Assembly: GCA_964602465.1 (NCBI GenBank)
Contig: CAZRQQ010000001.1
Location: forward strand, 253-64,252
DNA from: an uncultured Candidatus Saccharibacteria bacterium
GTDB lineage: Bacteria; Patescibacteriota; Minisyncoccia; Phycocordibacterales; UBA9973
DNA length: 64,000 bases
Direction of reading: 5' to 3'
The notes under the pieces are model-generated. The model was given only the letters and a program-made list of their open reading frames with translations, searched no databases and was not told the DNA's origin. A program made the translations under genes and the position numbers. Below, one piece after another: positions 60,344 to 64,000 of the stretch. The first letter of the stretch is position 1; each line of letters begins with the position of its first letter.

Positions 60344-62266
60344 ATGAAACGATTTCGAAAAGGTATTTTCGTGCTACTTTTGCTCGGTGTTGTCGCAGTC
60401 GCATATGCAGCAACAGGCACCATCGATCCGCGCAATGTCGGCAACTGGAAGGCACAAGTGCAAAACAGTGGGCTTGGTGCAAATACCACGATCAACTTTG
60501 GTAAATTCACGACACAGTCCGCGTACAACATTACGGTAAGTGATAGTGAGCTTCGCGGCTTTGCATGGGGCAATGGTGTCGGATGGATCGTTACCAATTG
60601 TGCAGATACGACGAGTGGCTGCAGTGTAAGCAATGACAATTTCAAAATAGCGAATGATGGAACAGGTAACCTTTCCGGATATGCATGGGGAGAAAACACT
60701 GGCTGGATTAACTTCGGACCATTTACCAACCCTGCGATTTCGACGGTCAAAATCACGAACGGCTTTTTTGGAGGCACGCTTGGCGACGCAGGGTACGCAT
60801 GGTCGCAAAACTACGGCTGGATCCTCTTTGATTGCACGCAGGTGGATAGTTGTGTCGAGACTGATTGGGGAGTCACCACAACTGCAAGCTGTAGTGACGG
60901 CATTCAGAATCAAAACGAAACCGGTGTAGATACAGGTGGAGTGTGTGGAGGAGGTGGAACTACAGGGGGGTACCCGCCATCATGTTCAGACGGCATCAAA
61001 AATCAGAATGAGACCGGAGTAGACAGTGGGGGTGTTTGTAGTGCTCCACCAGTCATCCCTTCGTGTAGTGACGGCATTCAGAATCAAAACGAAACCGGTG
61101 TAGATATCGGGGGTATTTGTGGTACGACAAACCCACCCGTAAACCCTCCAACCAATCCTCCTATAAACCCACCGGTTACACCGCCTGTAAATCCTCCAAG
61201 TAATCCACCCTCAATCAATCCGCCAAGTGGTCCGAGTGGTTGTCAGCTCAACTCGGGACTCTGCGTGCCGACTATTCCACCAAGCACCCCTTCGTCAGGA
61301 GGCAAAAATCCGCTCATCGATATCGTTACCGCAACGGGCGTGATCATGCCGATCGCAAGTGCCATTGTTTCATTTGTGGTAAGTAATCCAATCACGTTCA
61401 AAGATATCCCGCTTCTCTTTGGGCAGGGGTGGTCATCGTTCCTTACTGCTATCGGTATGAAGAAGCGCAGGAAGCCATGGGGTGTCGTCTATGACTCGAT
61501 CACCAAGCGTCCGATCGATCCGGCATACGTCATGCTCACTGATATGATGGGCAATGAAATCGCAACAGCGATCACAGATATCAATGGTCGCTACGGCTTT
61601 GCAGTGGATCCCGGGACGTACAAGATCGTAGTGAACAAATCCAACTACGTCTTCCCATCGACCAAACTTGCCGGCAAGACCTCTGATAGCCTCTACGATG
61701 ATCTGTATTTTGGGGGCGATGTTGTTGTGGCCAAGGAAGGAGAAATCATTACCAAAAACATTCCGATCGATCAAATCGCCTTTGACTGGAATGAGTACAC
61801 CAAGGCGCAGGGTGGTACGTACGGACAAAAACTCCATATGTATCGTTTGGGCGACGTCATACTCTACCATCTTGCGCGGTTTCTCTTTGTACTCGGATTT
61901 GCATTTGCGATTTATGCGCAGCTCTTTTATCCAAGTCTATACAACATGATCGTGCTTGGGTTGTATGCTGTCCTTACAATCTTGCAGCTCTTTACACCAG
62001 CGTTCAATCAAAAAGGTTCGGTCAAAGACAAATATGCCGAGACGCCACTGCCGTTCTCAGTTGTGCGCCTGGTATCGACAGTGACTGGTAGGGAAGTGGC
62101 GCGCAAAGTCGCCGATCGCGTCGGCAGCTACTATGGCCTTGTGCCCAACGGCAATTACAAGATTGTCATCGACAAGAAACGCGGCGCAGAAGAATACGAA
62201 AAACACGAACTCGACAAAGACCGAAAAGTGACGGAAGGCTACATCAAAGAAAAGTTCAAGATCTAG
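60344..62266 (+). CDS. Large surface/membrane protein with GWI-type repeats, three Cys-rich CSDGIxNQNETGVD modules, a Pro-rich linker and a CarboxypepD_reg-like domain
   Basis: Start trimmed to the signal peptide MKRFRKGIFVLLLLGVVAVAYA (TATACT 7 nt upstream). Motifs: GFAWGNGVGWIV / GYAWGENTGWINF / GYAWSQNYGWILF. ITDINGRYGFAVDPGTYKIVV. Several TM helices. Confidence 0.65.
   Translation: MKRFRKGIFVLLLLGVVAVAYAATGTIDPRNVGNWKAQVQNSGLGANTTINFGKFTTQSAYNITVSDSELRGFAWGNGVGWIVTNCADTTSGCSVSNDNFKIANDGTGNLSGYAWGENTGWINFGPFTNPAISTVKITNGFFGGTLGDAGYAWSQNYGWILFDCTQVDSCVETDWGVTTTASCSDGIQNQNETGVDTGGVCGGGGTTGGYPPSCSDGIKNQNETGVDSGGVCSAPPVIPSCSDGIQNQNETGVDIGGICGTTNPPVNPPTNPPINPPVTPPVNPPSNPPSINPPSGPSGCQLNSGLCVPTIPPSTPSSGGKNPLIDIVTATGVIMPIASAIVSFVVSNPITFKDIPLLFGQGWSSFLTAIGMKKRRKPWGVVYDSITKRPIDPAYVMLTDMMGNEIATAITDINGRYGFAVDPGTYKIVVNKSNYVFPSTKLAGKTSDSLYDDLYFGGDVVVAKEGEIITKNIPIDQIAFDWNEYTKAQGGTYGQKLHMYRLGDVILYHLARFLFVLGFAFAIYAQLFYPSLYNMIVLGLYAVLTILQLFTPAFNQKGSVKDKYAETPLPFSVVRLVSTVTGREVARKVADRVGSYYGLVPNGNYKIVIDKKRGAEEYEKHELDKDRKVTEGYIKEKFKI
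60890..61106 (+). repeat. 43-nt perfect direct repeat within the surface-protein gene
   Basis: tgtagtgacggcattcagaatcaaaacgaaaccggtgtagata occurs at 60890..60932 and 61064..61106. The middle module (about 60973..61015) encodes nearly the same peptide with many synonymous differences. Confidence 0.85.
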
Positions 62267-62268
62267 TG

Positions 62269-62297
62269 AAAAACCGACCCATGATAGGGTCGGTTTT
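62269..62297. terminator. Bidirectional terminator, AAAACCGACC family
   Basis: aaaaaccgaccc-atgata-gggtcggttttt at a convergent junction. Confidence 0.7.
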
Positions 62298-62314
62298 TGT
62301 TTTACAAAGTTTGA

Positions 62315-62689
62315 CTACGCAGTCTTTGGGACGAGGGAGTTGATCTTTTCGATGACGTCTGAGAGAGTGAAGTTTGACTTAACCATAAACTCTGCGGCAC
62401 CCGCATCCATGACGCGCTTCATCTCTATCTCATCAGAAAGGTTTGAGAAAACAATGACAGGGATAGCTTTGGTCGCTGCATCTTCTTTGAAACGCTTGAG
62501 GAGCGCAAAGCCGTCAACATCAGGGAGCATGAGGTCAAGGAGAATGATATCGGGGTTGTCGGCCTTCATCGCTTCATCTACTTCGGCGCCAGTAACTGCA
62601 GTTACCACCTCAAAGCCTTCATGGGTGAACTTGGAGCTTTCGAGGTTCTTTAGAAATGAGTCGTCTTCGATGATCAGGATTTTTTTCAT
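62315..62689 (-). CDS. Single-domain response regulator (CheY-like receiver)
   Basis: MKKILIIEDD...DIILLDLMLPDVDG...IPVIVFSN...K. Start trimmed, with TATACT 8 nt upstream. Confidence 0.85.
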   Translation of the reverse strand: MKKILIIEDDSFLKNLESSKFTHEGFEVVTAVTGAEVDEAMKADNPDIILLDLMLPDVDGFALLKRFKEDAATKAIPVIVFSNLSDEIEMKRVMDAGAAEFMVKSNFTLSDVIEKINSLVPKTA

Positions 62690-62717
62690 ATAGGGATAGT
62701 ATACCCCAAAACCCGCC

Positions 62718-63431
62718 TTAGCCAAGCGGAAGCGCGAGTGTAAAGACCGTGCCGTCTTGCTCGGAGCTGGTGAAACTAAGGGTGCCGCCGTGGCGCTCCA
62801 CGATACGTTTGGTGGCATAGAGTCCTAGGCCGATACCGATATGTTCTTTGGTAGTCGATGCGCGGAAGAATTTTTCGAATATCCGCGACTGCTCAGCTTC
62901 TGGAATGACAACGCCGTGGTCTTTGATGACGAGTGTCGCCTTGTTGTCATCGATCGAAAGCGTGAGGATAATGTCAGTGTCAGGGTTGCCGTACTTGATG
63001 GCGTTTTCGAGGAGGTTGTGAAGGACGATACGGAGCTTTTCGATATCACCGATCACAATGACGGGAGTAGCTGATGGTGTATACCGCACATGCATGCCGC
63101 GGTGTGCTGCTTCACTGGTGAAATCTTTGACGGATTCTTCGGTAAGATCCGAGAGCGACACAGGTGCCATGATGTACGGGATCGATGAGCCATCTGTTTT
63201 GACGATGGTCATGGTGTCATTCAAAAGCGTGATCATACGATCATTTGCGCTGGTCGCTTGAGTGATCATGGCCATTTGTGTGGCGTTGAGTGGGCCAAAA
63301 TCGCCGTCACTGAGCATTTTGAGCATCCACTTCATCGCAGAAAGTGACGTGCGAAGTTCGTGTGCAGACACAAGAAAGAAATCGATTTTCTCCTGTGCAC
63401 CATCGGGTGTCGTCGGTCGTGGAGTATCCAT
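62718..63431 (-). CDS. Histidine kinase consisting only of DHp and catalytic domains (no sensor or TM region)
   Basis: H box FLVSAHELRTSL, N box HNLLENAIKYG, G boxes KDHGVVIP and GIGLGLYATKRIVERHGG. Start trimmed to MDTPRPTT, with TATACT 9 nt upstream. Confidence 0.8.
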   Translation of the reverse strand: MDTPRPTTPDGAQEKIDFFLVSAHELRTSLSAMKWMLKMLSDGDFGPLNATQMAMITQATSANDRMITLLNDTMTIVKTDGSSIPYIMAPVSLSDLTEESVKDFTSEAAHRGMHVRYTPSATPVIVIGDIEKLRIVLHNLLENAIKYGNPDTDIILTLSIDDNKATLVIKDHGVVIPEAEQSRIFEKFFRASTTKEHIGIGLGLYATKRIVERHGGTLSFTSSEQDGTVFTLALPLG

Positions 63432-63587
63432 AGTATGAAAAGTATACCACTTGGTAAACCCGGAAGTGAGCCTTGGCATTACAGCTCCGCTGTGTGTTCG
63501 AAGAACTATACCAAGATCTACTTCGGGGAAATAAAAAATCCCCACCAAAAATGGTGAGGGATTTAAAATCACAAACTTCTTCAAAAA

Positions 63588-63953
63588 TCATGCAGCCTCT
63601 TCTTCTGCTAACGGTATCGATACCTTTGCAGGCTTTTTGCCAAAAATTTTGGCAGATGAAGCAAAATAGTTTCCCAGTGTTTCAAAATAGTGCACACTGG
63701 CATTTTTTTGCGGCAAGCAATCATGCATGTGGCTTGCAATTGAAATAAATTTCAATTCTTTGTGGGATGGATTTGACTTGTGGGCCATCATCGAGATGGT
63801 GCAATCCATAATTGCCTCTTCGGACATTCCGTAGAAAATTACGATTGAGGCATCAACATCTTTTCGTTTGTTGGTGGGGCGTATATGTCCCTTTTCTCCT
63901 TCCACGCAAAACAGGTGTTCGCTCCGTTTTGCATCAGATGGGAAAACATTCAT
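63588..63953 (-). CDS. Hypothetical protein (121 aa)
   Basis: Intact ORF upstream of the kinase gene. No motif recognised. Confidence 0.4.
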   Translation of the reverse strand: MNVFPSDAKRSEHLFCVEGEKGHIRPTNKRKDVDASIVIFYGMSEEAIMDCTISMMAHKSNPSHKELKFISIASHMHDCLPQKNASVHYFETLGNYFASSAKIFGKKPAKVSIPLAEEEAA

Positions 63954-64000
63954 TCCAACAAAATCTTTAAAAATTTCTTCGCATACAGCGGCGGTTGGAG

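Noticed and set aside
60890-61106. Diversity-generating retroelement template/variable repeat pair.
   Set aside because: The repeats are in-frame copies of a protein module in one gene. Two copies are perfectly identical rather than differing at adenines. No reverse transcriptase is in the window.
58227-62266. Prophage or phage remnant, because of the tail-fibre/S74 gene.
   Set aside because: No capsid, portal, terminase, tail tube, lysis or integrase genes are adjacent. The flanks are tRNA genes and a two-component system.
1-64000. Alternative genetic code (UGA recoding, as in some CPR lineages).
   Set aside because: Housekeeping genes (dnaA, dnaN, tyrS, pcrA, PBP, virB4) are full length under the standard code. 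TGA is used as a terminator, for example in the ATGA overlaps at 2950..2953 and 38018..38021.

Overview
This 64-kb chromosomal window comes from a small-genome bacterium that uses the standard genetic code. The gene content looks like Candidate Phyla Radiation/Patescibacteria, but that is inference only. It rests on Gram-positive-type VirB4/PrgI secretion genes, many short secreted or membrane hypothetical proteins, and CCA-less tRNA genes next to a cca gene. No rRNA gene, CRISPR array, transposase, reverse transcriptase or recognisable defence system is visible.

Main content, in order:
- ruvB (cut by the window edge) and ruvC.
- A SET-domain gene, a methyltransferase and an epimerase, then tyrS.
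- A stretch of small unknown genes that looks AT-richer by eye.
- A class A PBP.
- The replication-origin region: dnaN and dnaA on the minus strand, DnaA boxes, then rpmH-rnpA-yidD and yidC on the plus strand.
- A 15.6-kb single-strand block (16589..32157) with VirB4, PrgI/VirB3-like, VirB6/TrbL-like and VirB1-like genes plus eight unknown secreted or membrane proteins.
- rsmA, pcrA, a LysM/M23 peptidase and comM.
- A string of small single-gene units that share one promoter design.
- rpsO and a xerC-like recombinase, followed by a gene-poor AT-rich segment that also carries xth.
- TrmB-like regulators, a minimal radical-SAM-like gene and cca.
- Five tRNA genes.
- Two large surface proteins, one of them tail-fibre-like with an S74 chaperone domain.
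- A sensor-less histidine kinase with a CheY-like regulator.

The most unusual signals are at the nucleotide level:
1. TAGT-rich palindromic intergenic elements in the secretion block supply the stop codon of the upstream gene and a TATACT box plus ATG for the next gene. One of them separates two ORFs that together look like a single VirB4.
2. A GC-rich 30-mer occurs inside two unrelated coding sequences in different reading frames.
3. Several long inverted repeats (15 to 25 bp) enclose structured and partly GC-rich cores.
4. More than 20 genes have a -10-like hexamer 6 to 10 nt before the start codon and no Shine-Dalgarno sequence, which suggests leaderless mRNAs.

Many ORF-track starts were trimmed using conserved N-terminal motifs together with this -10 rule. 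All homology statements come from motif recognition by eye, not from searches.
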